Shown here: piece by piece, positions 40,006 to 52,348 of the stretch | How positions within the stretch are numbered: the stretch's first letter is position 1 | Layout of the letters: every line of letters begins with the position of its first letter | Program-made: the position numbers and the translations under genes | NCBI RefSeq assembly: GCF_006345805.1 | Contig: NC_043008.1 | Coordinates: forward strand, 22,072,001 to 22,136,000 | Length of the DNA: 64,000 nucleotides | Reading direction: 5' to 3' | DNA from: Octopus sinensis | Taxonomy: Eukaryota | Notes under the pieces: generated by a model | The model's input: only the letters and a program-made list of their open reading frames with translations | Told to the model about the DNA's origin: nothing | Database searches by the model: none

Positions 40006-40378
40006 ATCTTGATATGAGATCACCATGTTACACACATATGGTTGTAATGTTTCTGCCTGGTGTACCCTTATCAGACAGGTAGACATGATGGGTGTATTGG
40101 GCTTCATATATTTGTACTCCAGTGTCCTTTTGATGGTATGCACTGCTCTCTTACTCAATAATAATAATAATAATAATATAATAATTCCGTCTGGAAACAT
40201 GGCTGTTTCATTCATCATCCTTAAATAAACCTTATTTAGGGACCTTTTGAACATGAAGGGCTAAGGGCTACTTGATCTGAAGAAAATTAACCAGTTGATC
40301 ATGTCCCTTAATGACTGACAATATGTGCATCTCTGATCACAAGCAGAAGTAGTAGGGGAGTATCATAGCCGTGTGTTG
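40006..40378 (+). mobile_element. Family E copy with segments in permuted order
   Basis: Three blocks match the reverse complement of 30573-30975 but occur in reversed block order. Confidence 0.7.
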
Positions 40379-40414
40379 CCAAATTTTTCCAGTATTTTGT
40401 TTTCCTATATATAT

Positions 40415-40795
40415 ACCCTCCATCAGACACCTACCATATTCTGAGCGCCTTGTTTCCCTGGGCATGGATTCACTGAAGCTTGGTAAACACCCACAAAGTT
40501 ATCAACCACCTCACCAACAACAACACTGAACACCTTTTTGATCTCCATGTGTCTAACACACGTGGACATGCCTACAAAGTCAGAAAACAACACAGCTCCC
40601 ATGACTTTCGGAAACATTTTTTCACACTCAGAGTTGCTGAAGCATGGAATAAACTGCCTGCATCAGTTGTTGACTGCCATGACACTGCATCCTTTAAGGC
40701 CCTCATGCTTTCCGAAATCCGCCAAAACTACACCTGATTATATATACACTTTAGATGAGTTGTAGTGCACCTGAGCACTGTACACAATTATTATT
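40415..40795 (+). pseudogene. CR1-clade LINE 3' end (ORF2 C-terminus, short UTR, (ATT)n tail)
   Basis: PSIRHLPYSERLVSLGMDSL..NTRGHAYKVRK..RKHFFTLRVAEAWNKLPASVV..SFK; TRGH and RV..WN.LP motifs; ORF 40480-40737. Confidence 0.88.
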
Positions 40796-40861
40796 ATATT
40801 ATATATATATATATGTATAATATATATCATCATCATCATCATACAATTATATACATATAAA

Positions 40862-41165
40862 TGCCATTTGAGCATGGTTGATGCCAGTACTGCCAGACTG
40901 GTGCCCATGCTGGTGAAACGTAAAAAGCACCATTCAAACATGGTCAATACCAGTACCATCTGACTGGCGCCCGTGCTGATGGCATGTAAAAAGCACACAC
41001 AACACTCTTGGAGTGGTTGATGTTAGGAAGGGCATCCAGCTGTAGAAACCTTGCCAGATCAGATTGGAGCCTGGTGCAGCCTCCTGGCTTGTCAGTCCTC
41101 AGTCAAACTGTCCAACCCATACCAGCATAGAAAGACGTTAAACAATGATGATGATGATGATGATA
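40862..41165 (+). mobile_element. Family C
   Basis: Internal units plus ttaggaagggcatccagctgtagaaacc...(gat)n. Confidence 0.8.
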
Positions 41166-41176
41166 ATAAATATCTA

Positions 41177-41237
<61 letters not shown>

Positions 41238-43065
41238 ATGGATATATATATATATATATATATTATATTATATTTATATATATATATATATATATAATAT
41301 GTTATATATATATATATATATAGATGTTGTTATGAATATATATATATACACACATATATATATATATGTGTGTGTGTGTGTATGTGTATAAGCATATCAT
41401 GTAAGATACCATTTAAGCATGTCTTATAAACTATCTGATTTTGTAGCTCTTTATTTTTATTTTGTCCCGGTTTGTTTTTGTTTTTCTTTCTTGTTTCCTT
41501 ATCTTTTTCTTATTTTGAAGAAATTCAGAACCAGTTTAAAAACAAAACAAAACAATTTACTTCAAACAATGCCTCAAATATACATCTACATCATTTCAAA
41601 TGCTTTATTTTGTAAAACACAAGCTCTTCAATGAGACGATTCAAAGAAATATTTATAGGAAATATTCTGATATATTGACATCTTAGCAAAAATTTATTTT
41701 CAGACAACAAAATGATCATATTTTCTTTCTATTTTATTTTTTCTAGATTATTTTATTTTTCATTTATTTTGTTTATTTGCCATCTGTTTTTCTTTTATTT
41801 TGTTTTGTTTTCCAATTTTTCAAATACTCTGTTTCTGTCAAAGCCTAAAGATATTTGAAGATATTTGTAGAATTCTGGAATACATTTGTACCATTCCAGT
41901 TTATATGCATGTGTGCATATGTGCATGTATGCATGCATGTTTATGAGGTGTGTGTATGCACACATGTGTATGTATACACATATATATATATATATATACA
42001 TATACATGTTTGTGTATATGTATATATGTATGTGTATATATACATATATTATGTATGTTTGTATGTATATCATGATAATCATCATCATCATCATTTAATG
42101 TCTGCCTTCCATGCTCGCATGGGTGGGACATATATATTTATGGAACACACTCATACATGCATTCTGTTATTCATTTACTTGTTTCAGTCATTTGAATGTG
42201 GCCATACTGGAGCACCATCTTATATTTGAGCAAATCAACCCCAGGACTTATTCTATCAGTCTCTTTTGCCGAACCGCTAAGTTACGGGGAAGTAAACATT
42301 GGTTGTCAAGCAATGTTGGGGAGACAAACATAAACACACACATACATATATATATATATATATGAACATTTAAGGTGGTTTTTAGAGTCAGGGTTTTGAC
42401 TGCTATTTCAGCATGGTGGTATCTCTCAGATACCCTTATTTATAGTTGTAAAAAATTATTACCTTTGTATGGTATTTATTCCCATGCTGGCCACTTGATT
42501 ATATCGATATTATCCTTATTTATAAATATATGTGTGTGTGTGTGTGGTGTGTGTGTGTATACACATAAATACTTACATGCACGTACATATATATATATAT
42601 ATATATATATTGTTTTTTAACCATTTTCAGTGAATCAAATATTACCAATAAGGAAGTAGATTATATTCTTCTTCAGTTGCCAAATTCTGTCTCTATTGCA
42701 AGCAAACATTAAAAGAAAGAATATGGTAAACAAGAAGCAAGAAGTAAGAAGCCTGTGTCTGCTGCAAGACACTCTATACTGAACATACCTTCTTCTTGTT
42801 GTTGTGTGCTTAGCTCTGACCAGACAGAGTAGATCTATGCTCAAAAGAATTCCAAATATGACCGACCATCCTCTCTCTTTTTTATTGAGAGGCAAGAATA
42901 AAATGTTTGTTTTCCAAACATGTGGCCTCAGTAACAGTCCCACTGCATGGTACCTTGGGCAAGTGTCATCAACTACAGCACTGGGTCAACCAAAGCCTTG
43001 TGAGTGCATTTGTTAGATGGAAACTAAAAGGAGCCCATCAATATATATATACATATGAGAGAGAA

Positions 43066-43381
43066 TGAGATAACAAAGCCAAGGCTGTGAGGAGTTTTCG
43101 GGATATTTATAAGGAAATTTATAAGGAAATAGTCTTACAGCTGTTTCTGTGATACTATGGATATTCCTTCATCAGAGACGGTGTGAGCAGGTTAAATAGA
43201 AGAAATATTTGAGTTTGAATTATTATAGTAAAGGAGGAGATAGGGAATATAAAGGGAAATAAGAGAATGAAAGTAGAAATAAGATATATAAAGCTATAAG
43301 ACAGCTGTATGACTATTTCCTTATAAATATACTTATAATTGTCCTGAAAACTCCACACAGCCTTGGCTTTGTTATCTCATA
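43066..43381. mobile_element. PLE-type fold-back element containing a hammerhead
   Basis: Arms atgagataacaaagccaaggctgtg...acagctgt (43066-43144) and the inverse (about 43301-43381). Confidence 0.75.
43132..43179 (-). ncRNA. Minimal type-I hammerhead-like motif with intact core
   Basis: gtct-CTGATGA-a-ggaatatccatagtatcaca-GAAACAGCTGTA-agac; helix I gtct/agac; palindromic helix III ACAGCTGT; helix II weak. Confidence 0.65.
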
Positions 43382-43639
43382 CTGTTTAATATATATATAT
43401 GCATGCTAATACAAGACTCCCACTAGACTCCTCACTCATATCATTATCGAACCAAGAGTTTAACTACATTCTGTCCATAGCACTTACTTAATGTTACCTG
43501 ATACCCTTTGGGTCTTCTAGATACCAATACCTCTCATTATATATATACATACATACATATATACATATATACATATATCTATGTGTGTATGTGTATGTAT
43601 ATCTATATATCTATATATCTATATCATATATATATATAT

Positions 43640-43850
43640 ATATATAAAATACAGTGTACATTTAAACACATTAAGAGGTTTCTATCATAGGAATCCCTCA
43701 CGGGTTTCCATCATAGGAAACCTCTTAATGTGTTTAAATGTACACTGTATTTTATATGAATAATATATAATCTATTGACTAATTTTTCTATACGCTAGGC
43801 CACTGGTAGTAAACATTTCTGAAATATTTATTACCCTGATATTATTAATT
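43640..43850. mobile_element. Fold-back element with ~40-bp arms
   Basis: ataaaatacagtgtacatttaaacacattaagaggtttc (43644-43682) and its inverse (43717-43755). Confidence 0.7.
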
Positions 43851-43861
43851 ATATATATATA

Positions 43862-44050
43862 TAGGGAGAGTTTACGAAAAAAACAAAAGACGAAGACATG
43901 TGATGTACAAAACAAACAGATGTATTAGTATAATGCTCATGAATAGAAAAAGTCTTTTACGTTTCGAGCCTACGCTCTTCTACAGAAAGGGGCACAGAAA
44001 AAACAAGGAGAGAAAAAATGTGTGTAGTGGTTAACGATCTATCATGGTGA
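43862..44050 (-). mobile_element. PLE pseudo-LTR-like element with a hammerhead-like motif at 43954-43989
   Basis: Minus strand cttt-CTGTAGA-a-gagc(gtag)gctc-GAAACGTA-aaag; one core substitution. Confidence 0.6.
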
Positions 44051-44077
44051 CAGGGTATGTTTGATATACTGTCGTCT

Positions 44078-44421
44078 AAATGTGTGGTGGAAACCCTGAT
44101 GGGTGTAAGTTTGTTGATGAACTTGATTGGGTACAGGGTTTCATTATCAACTATATCTGAGCTTCCGTATATTTTTAGCTCACCAGGCATCCTGGTCAAC
44201 AGAAAATCCTTTAAAAAATCGTGTGCTTCATTTGTTGGAGTAACGATGGTTCTATTTGTAAGCCACACAGGGTTATTTTTGAGGTCAGCAAATACAAAAT
44301 CACATATATCTGAAAGACTACCACTTTCAAGGCAAGAGTCATTGGGTAGTTTGATGTTGAATTCACCTAAGCTTTGTTCAAAAGAAATGTTACCATTTCC
44401 TACATCAAGAATGTAATTAGC
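44078..44421 (-). pseudogene. Helitron RepHel PIF1-family helicase fragment
   Basis: ANYILDVGNG..IKLP..WLTNRTIVTPTNE..MPGELKIYGSSD..YPIKFINKLTP(SGFPPH after a frameshift); matches the PIF1 YP.EFLN.L..SG.PPH region. Confidence 0.85.
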
Positions 44422-44657
44422 ACCATAGATATTTAGGCATCTGTTTCAGTCTTATTGCCCTGGTTTCATCTGATTCAGTTGCCCATCTTTCTCTCTGCTA
44501 TTGTGCCTTTGCTGCTAAATTTTCTTTTTCTGTCACAAATTATATATAAATGAAAGCTTGTTAAAAACTATTTTGTTTAATGAGCTAGAAATAGCAGCGA
44601 TCACATAGTTATTATTGTAAGGCTTATAGCATTCCAAGTGGCCATGCCAACAAAATC

Positions 44658-44845
44658 ACTCTTTTACTCTTTTACTTGTTTCAGTCATTTGACTGGCCAT
44701 GCTGGAGCACTGCCTTTAGTTGAGCAAATCGACCCCAGGACTTATTCTTTGTAAGCCTAGTACTTATTCTATAGGTCTCTTTTGCCGAACTGCTAAGTTA
44801 TGGGGACGTAAGTGATGCTGCGGGGACAAACAGACACACAAACAT

Positions 44846-44876
<31 letters not shown>

Positions 44877-45048
44877 CATATATATGACGGGCTTCTTTCA
44901 GTTTCTGTCTACCAAATCCACTCACAAGGCTTTGGTCGGCCTGAGATTATAGAAGAAGACACTTGCCCAAGGTGCCATACAGTGGGACTGAACCCAGAAA
45001 CATATGGCTGGTAAGCAAGCTACTTACCACAGAGCCACACCTACACCT
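44658..45048 (-). mobile_element. Family B SINE, near full length
   Basis: Reverse-complement match with a small internal deletion. Confidence 0.85.
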
Positions 45049-45056
45049 ATTTAAAA

Positions 45057-45331
45057 AAAAATTATACCAGTATATTAAAGAATTTCCATTTTATCAAAAA
45101 TATTCATTTAACAAACTCCAAAAACTGATAATATCCTTGAAATTGTACCTCATATCAAAGTTATACAGCTATTTTTGGTAACAGCATGCATTCATTCAAC
45201 ACAAAAATCACTTAAAAATTATACCAGTATATTAAAAAATTTTCATCTTATCAAAAATAATCATTTAACAATCCCCGGAAACTGATAATATTCTTGAAAT
45301 TGTGTCTCGTAGCAAAGTTATGTAGCTATTA
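45057..45331. repeat. Diverged direct duplication (~117-bp unit, period ~158)
   Basis: aaaattataccagtatattaaa...aaagttat..agctatt occurs twice. Confidence 0.8.
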
Positions 45332-45635
45332 TTAAATTATCATTAATGAAAATAGAGACGAGCAAGAATGAGAGACTGCTGCAAATAAGAATGTAAGATG
45401 TTGCCTGCAATGAATTAACAGTGTTTATTATTAAACATTAAAATCTAATCCACAGTGAATGCAATGAATTCAATGAATATTTAAATTTGCGAGAATTTGA
45501 AGTTAAAAAATTCAATAAACTTCTGAAATAGAAATTATAGGGAATTTATAAAAATAATTGCTTTCTTTTAGTACTTTTAGTAATTGTAACATACCTAATT
45601 AATAAGCAGCTTTCTCCATTATGGTATAGATAGAA

Positions 45636-46310
45636 GGCAAGGGAGCTGGCAGAATCATTAGCAAGCTGGACGAAATGCTTAACGGTATTTCACCTGTCGC
45701 TATGTTCTGAGTTCAAATTCTGCCAAGGCTGACTTTGCCTTTCATCCTTTTGGGGTTAATAGATTAAGTGCAAGTTGAGTAGTGGGGGTCCTTGAAGCAA
45801 AATTTGAAACCATTATTTTTATCATTATCATTATCATCATCATCATCCTCATCATTATTATTATGATTATTATTATTATTATCATTATTATTATTATTAT
45901 TATTGTTGTTGTTGTTATTATTATTATCATCATCATCATCTTCATCATCATCATCATTATTATTATTATTATTATTATTATTAAGGCTGCAAGCTGGCAA
46001 AATCATTTGTGTGTTGGGCAAAATGCTTAGCAGTATTTTGTCCATCTCTATCTCCTGAGTTCTAATTCCACAGAGGTCAACTTTGCCTTTCATCCTTTCG
46101 GAGTCGATAAATTAAGTACCAGTCATTAACTAGTCCCCTTCTCCAAATTTCAGGCCTTGTGCCTTTAGAAGAAAGGATTAGTATCATTATTATTATTATT
46201 ATTGAGTGAGAGAGCAGTGCATGCCATCAAAGTGACACTGGGGTAAAATATACGAAGCCCAATATACCCATCATGACTACCCGTCTGTATTATCATTATT
46301 ATTATTAGTA

Positions 46311-46353
<43 letters not shown>

Positions 46354-46354
46354 G

Positions 46355-46389
<35 letters not shown>

Positions 46390-46540
46390 GGCAGCAACCT
46401 AGCAGAATAGTTAGCACACAGGACAAAATGCCTAAAATGTTTCGTGGCATTTTGTCTCTCCTTACATTCGGAGTTCAGACTCTGCCAAGGTCAACTTTCT
46501 CCTTCATCCTTTTGGATGCAACAAAATAACTAGTTGAGCA
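45636..46540 (+). mobile_element. Three co-oriented family A SINEs separated by (ATT)n, plus a family E fragment (46203-46288)
   Basis: A copies at about 45636-45812, 45984-46180 and 46390-46540. Confidence 0.8.
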
Positions 46541-47349
46541 TCGTCATTATCTTCTTCTTCTTCTTCTTCTTCTTCACACCCATCTCACATCTTGCCCCAG
46601 CGTCGTCAAATATTTCATTCATGTATCGATTCCGCCCCCCCCCTCCCACCACTGCATCTCAAACAAACATCTCACCAACCACCGTTCCCAAATAGAATCC
46701 CACCAACACCACCAAATCCACCACCACTACCAAATCCACCACCACCACCACCACCGCCACCACCATAATACACAACCAATATTTATGCCTCGACTGCAGT
46801 AGGACGAACGAACTAACGTTAAGTAAAAGACAGCAAATTTCTCCTCTACTCTCACTCCTCTTCTCCTCCCCCTTATCCCTCCTCCTCCTCCTCCTCCTCC
46901 TCCCCCTCCTCCATCTCCTTTCTACACGGAATAACTGTGGTAAACAACATGGAAAATTACAGCCAGACCAAGAAATGCTATTGATTTGGCACATACTAGC
47001 TTGAGGAAACTTGTTTACACAATGCTTCTTCTCGCTACTTTACACTGAAAGATTTTTGAATATATTGGAATATATATTCTTTTTTTATTCATCCACTTAT
47101 TAATATTCTTCCTTTTTTTTCTTCTTTATTTTCTGTTTGTTGTTTGTTGTTTTTTTTGCTATCGTCTTCTATTTTGTTTTTATGTTAATTTGTCTTGTTT
47201 TTTTTCGTATCATTTTGTTTTTATTTTTATCTTTTTTTTGTTATTTTATTTTATTTTATTTTATTTTTCACTTCTATCCGTGTGAAATGAAAAATTTAAA
47301 TTGAATTTCATATCAAAAGGTTTGAAAAAGGAGCATTCAAATATTGCTG

Positions 47350-48062
47350 ACAACAATGATGACGGTGATGATGATGATGATGACGATGATGATGATGAGG
47401 ATGACAAGGGGGGAGAATGGTGATGATGGTGATGATGAGGACTGATGGAGGTGACGATGACAATAACAAACAACATAGATGTTGAAGATGATGATGATGA
47501 CAATAATAACAATACTGATCCCAATAACAATCACAATGATGACGACCACGATGACAAGTTGATGATGACAATGATGACGAGAATAATGATGACATTGTAG
47601 ATGATAACAATGATGTAATCATGACAATGACGATGATGATGAAGAAGATGATGATGATGAAGAAGATGATGAGGATGATGATGATGATGAGGAGGAGGAG
47701 AAGGAGGAGGACACTGATAACGATGATGAAAGCGATGATGGTGAGTGCAATGATGACAATAATGACAACAATGACAATGATAATGATGATGAAGAGGAGG
47801 AGGAGGAGGATGGTGATGATGATGATGAGGAGGAGGAGGAGGACACTGATAACGATGATGTTGGCATTAACAACAAGGATGATGAAAGCGATGATGGTGC
47901 GTGCAATGATGACGATAATGACAACAATGACAATGATGATGATATTGATGATGATGATGATGATGATGATTAGGAGGAGGAGGAGGAGGATGGCAACAAA
48001 GATGATTACAACAATGGTTAATGATGGCAATGATGGCTATGTTGATGATGACAATGGTGGTG
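47350..48062. repeat. (GAT/GAG/AAC)n compound array with an internal higher-order duplication
   Basis: acactgataacgatgatg and gatgaaagcgatgatggtg each occur twice. Confidence 0.88.
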
Positions 48063-48797
48063 AAGCTTGTTTCTAATATAAGTAAAAAGAATAAAAATGA
48101 GAGGGTGAAGAGCAGTCAATTAAATGAACCCCAGTATGTCACTGGTACTTTAGTTTATTGAACTTAAAGTGATAAATGATGAACTTGCCTTCAACAAGAG
48201 TTGAACTCAGAACATAAGGGTCCAGAAAAGTTACAAGGTATTTTGTGTAACATTCTAATGATTCTTGCCAATCTTCATTCTTCAGTTCTTTCTGAAGTCT
48301 GCCCAATGCCAGAAAATGTGGCCACGGCAACCAGTAGCTGACTGGCACTTTATATTAGCAACCCCACAAGTGTGAAAGACAAGATTGATCCAGTAATGAC
48401 ATCCTTTATTTGTCACAAAAGGGGCCATCAGGGAACATCACATTGACATTGTGGAGATTTACATAAAAAAATCAAATACAACTGGAAAAATAAAAATAAA
48501 AGTTTATAAAATATATACAAAATTTTATTTAAATGTCTTTAGAACAATGCTATAATCCTGGCTACCAAGGATAAGTGCTCCCTTTCACTTACCATTCTCT
48601 AGCTTACCAAAACAAGGTCAGCTTTACATTATTTACATTATTTACATTTGACAGATATTTGTCCTCATTTTGTTTGTTGTTAACACGTTTCGGTTGTTAC
48701 ACTCTCTTAACCTCATCAGGGTTCTTGGGGAAATTTCGAACCGGGTTCTATTCTTTAGGTATTTTTTCGATTTATTATATTATTATTATTATATATA

Positions 48798-48975
48798 ATC
48801 ATTGCCTTGCACAGCTTCTAATACTGGAATGTCCTACGGTGTCAGTGTTTCACTACCAGTGAACGAATACACCTCTTATTTTTTGAGCACTTCCAGGTAT
48901 CTGAGCGTTCCAAGCATGCTGTTTTCTGCAAGTGCTCCACCACCCTGATTGCAGCCCCTTTTGTTCTGTTTTCAT
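48798..48975 (-). pseudogene. Dong/R4-type extreme 3' fragment in (TAA)n
   Basis: Frameshifted GAAIRV.EHLQKTA.LGT.R...KVL resembles the LQK..LLGTARILRKVL ending; UTR then (TAA)n. Confidence 0.65.
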
Positions 48976-49016
48976 TGGGCAGCCCCTATATTAATTATTT
49001 TATTATTATTATTATT

Positions 49017-49548
49017 GATTGAGAGGGCTTCATGCCATCAAAGTGACACTGGGTAAAATATCGATCCCAATATACCCATCATGACTACCCGTCTGATAGG
49101 TTACACCAGCACATGCATCAAACCATATTGCGCGACATGGTGATCTCCGATCAAGAATAAACAGCACCATGACCTTCAGGTGGGGGCCCAGTTAGAATTT
49201 TTCTTCAGGTGAGTACCCATCCCGCTCAAACGTCCCTGAATAGGTTGTTTAAGGATGTTGAAAGAACACACCCATGTTTCCAGAGGTGAACTATTCAAAC
49301 CCCAAAGAATTCCTCTCAACACTGGCTATGATGCCCCCCACTACTTCTTGCTCGTGATCAGAGTGCACTATTGTCACCACGAAGGGACATGCTCAACTGG
49401 TTAGGTCAACAACTGACAGCAATCTGTGGTTTAGCAGAATATTTGCTGTAGCCCATCTTTTACACCAAGACAACAACGTACATGATAACACTTCCAATCA
49501 TTTAAGATCAGAAGCCTGAGAGCCACTCCTGGTACTGCATCAGGGCAT
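49017..49548 (-). mobile_element. Family E, longest copy
   Basis: Collinear with 30573-31040 plus about 90 bp more; flanked by (ATT)n on both sides. Confidence 0.8.
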
Positions 49549-49569
49549 TATTATTATTATTATTATTTG

Positions 49570-49606
<37 letters not shown>

Positions 49607-50202
49607 TCACTGCCTGGAATCTAACTCAGAATCTTGGGGTTAGTAGCCCGCATTCTTAACCAGTATGCCATGTGACACCTAATGAAGGCTACAAGGTATA
49701 TCAGCTGAAACGTTGTGTTAACAACAAACAAGATGAGGACAAATATCCGTCAAATGTAAATAATGTAAATAATGTCCATAATTCCTCATCTCTTAAGTAT
49801 AGAACTGTATAGTCAGCAAAGCTCCAAGAATGTTGAACTGGCTGCCTTGCACCTTACACCAGTTGTTTTAGTTCTTTACATTCTCATAATGGCCTATTTG
49901 GTTGGTAGACTTAGTTTGGTTTAAAACTGCCACCCAACACCTTAAGTGCCTCTAGCAAAGTTCATTTGGTTGCAAGCATCCAAGTCAAGTCTCCAATTTA
50001 AGGGTACCATCTTTTCTCCCTCTATCAGTTTCAGAGGCTCTATGAAAGGTCATAGGGAATGCTTTCCTTTAACTAAATAAAAAGAAGCCCAGTTACTGAG
50101 GCCAATAAAAAGAATAACTGTCTATTTGCCACAAAGGCATTGGATGAGGTGATAACAAGGGAGTTATTACAAGGGAAAATTTCAAAAGTGGTAGACACTA
50201 AT

Positions 50203-50815
50203 GTTATATTTTCTACTTGATCACAGCATTTTTGTGACCCAGACACAAATACATAACCTCAATTTCATTTTGGGACCTCAATTATATTATCTATATGGTT
50301 ATACTATCTTTGTCACCAAGACACAAATTTTGTGACCTGGGTATGATTTAGGGGCCTCGATTATATTTTCTATTTGGTTCTAGTACTTTTGTAAGCAAGA
50401 GTCAAATACATAACTTATACTTCATTTTGTAGTCTCAATCCCTTTTCTATTCATTTCTTTCCTGCAGTTGTTGATTTGCAATGGTTGACAAGGAACATTA
50501 ATAGAATCGTTCTCACCAGTCTTGGGGGAGTGGTGAAAACAATGAGCACTGCCTCTTTCTCCCAGTCCAATATTTAAAATTTAAAATAATTAAATAAAAA
50601 AGAAAGCTTAAATACCAAATGTATAACCTAGATTCAATTTAAAGACCTCAGTTATATTTTCTACTTAGTTACAAAATCTTTGTCACCAAGACACTAATAT
50701 ACAACTTAGGTTTGATTTGGAGGCCTCAGATATATTTTCATTTCGTTACAGAATCTTTGTGACTAAGAGTTAAGTACATTACTTATATTTGCTTTTTGGG
50801 AGCCTTGTTTATATT
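50203..50815. repeat. Diverged ~77-bp minisatellite (two blocks; one more unit at 52350-52410)
   Basis: Unit ttatattttcta..tggt.acag.atctttgt.accaaga..caaata.ataac.t...tt.attt.g...cctca recurs about seven times. Confidence 0.7.
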
Positions 50816-50849
50816 ATTTCATTCATGAATATGGCCCACAGGAGATCTG

Positions 50850-51285
50850 AACTTCTTCACTTGTCTCAGTGATGTTCTACTAACATGCTAAATGCACTGA
50901 GAAGACTTTATTGAGTGGACCAATGTATCGGTCATTGCAATACTAATTTTTATCAATGTCTTACAGCACTTGGCAGTGAACTAATTGTGTGCATGCTGGA
51001 GATCACCTTTCAATGAACCAAGTAGCACCATGTCATCTGCAAATATCAACCAACTGATCATATAGCAACTGGGATACAACTTCCACAATAGTTGCACTTG
51101 TTAATCCAGTTTATGATAATTATGAAAAGAAGAGGTAACAATATGAATCCCTGCCAAAGTCCAACACCACCCATGTTGAAAGGTTTAGATGTCACATCAT
51201 TGACCTAATCACAAACATCTGGGCATTCATAGAGGGACTTCACAACAATCAGAAGTTGCCCATTAATCCCAAACTCTTAGGGAGC
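50850..51285 (-). pseudogene. RTE-clade reverse transcriptase fragment (domains 4-6)
   Basis: FGINGQLLIVVKSLY..SKPFN..GVGLWQG.ILLPLLFII..LIFADDMVLL..DLQHA; many stops and frameshifts. Confidence 0.8.
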
Positions 51286-51519
51286 CTTAAGCAAGCATAT
51301 TATTCTGTGTTCTGAATACTTTTATTTTAATAAATGTTGTTTACTGCAAGTTATGGATGATTCTTTTATGCCTTCATTGCTTTCAGGCTTAGCTTAAGGT
51401 ATTTTTGCGCCTGACATCACAAAATGCATCTGAATAAATATTGCCGGACAGCAAATAGAGACTTGGCTAATATTTCATAATTACTCAAAGACCTGCTGTA
51501 GAATGGATGGATGGAATTA

Positions 51520-52348
51520 CTGTAAATCCTCGAGTATAATCCGCATTTTTTCCCCAAAATTTAAAGGTCAAAATCTCTAGTGTGTACTATATATGAGGTT
51601 TAAAATGAAAATTATTTTCTAAGCAATGTCCAAGTCTCTATTTGCTGTCCGGCAATGTTTATTCAGACGCATTTTGTGATGTCAGGCGCAAAAATACCTT
51701 AAGCTAAGCCTGAAAGCAATGAAGTCATAAGAGAATCATCCATAACTTGCAGTAAACAACATTTATTAAAATAAAAGTATTCAGAACACAGAATAATATG
51801 TTGGGCATGAAAATACCTTAAATCATCCATAACATGTAGTAAGCAACATTTATTAAACGTTATTACTGTTATTTCTTTATTTTCTGCAAATAAAATGCAC
51901 AAAAAAGCTACAAGTTTGCATTATGTTATATATACAATAATAATAAAGGATGTTACCGTATACATTTTTACAAACCAAGGACGTTATATAGACCTCCTTG
52001 TCTCAAATTAGAGAAAGGGTGCGTATTATATATTTCTTTATTGCCCACAAGGGGCTAAACAGAGAGGACAAACAAGGACAGACAAAGGGATTAAGTCGAT
52101 TACATTAACTCCAGTGTGAAACTGGAACTTTATTTATCGACCCCGAAAGGACAAAAGGCAAAGTCGACCTCGGCAGAATTTGAACTTAGAACGTAACGAA
52201 ATACTGCTAAGCATTTTGCCCGGTGCGCTAACGTGTCTGCCAGCTTGCCACCTTATTATACACAAGGTTTAGGTTTTTCAGAGGTACAGCCCCCTAAAAA
52301 TCCCCTGCGTATTATACTCAAGGGCAGACTGTACTCGAGGATTTATGG
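51520..52348. mobile_element. pogo/Tc2-like MITE, copy 2, containing a family A SINE
   Basis: TA+ctgtaaatcctcgagta ... tactcgaggatttatgg+TA; collinear with 20619-21138. Confidence 0.85.
52031..52253 (-). mobile_element. Family A SINE with 7-bp TSD
   Basis: tattata at 52024-52030 and 52254-52260; MITE copy 1 shows the empty site gtattatacacaagg. Confidence 0.9.

Larger units (their letters stand above)
48622..49810 (-). mobile_element. Composite element: tRNA-like head, (AAT)n, hammerhead and an upstream inverted copy; hosts nested insertions
   Basis: Head 49670 to 49601 tggcatactggttaag...gagttagattcc; hammerhead-like motifs at 48682-48724 (minus) and 49675-49718 (plus); inverted arms 48622-48725 and 49675-49775. 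Confidence 0.65.
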
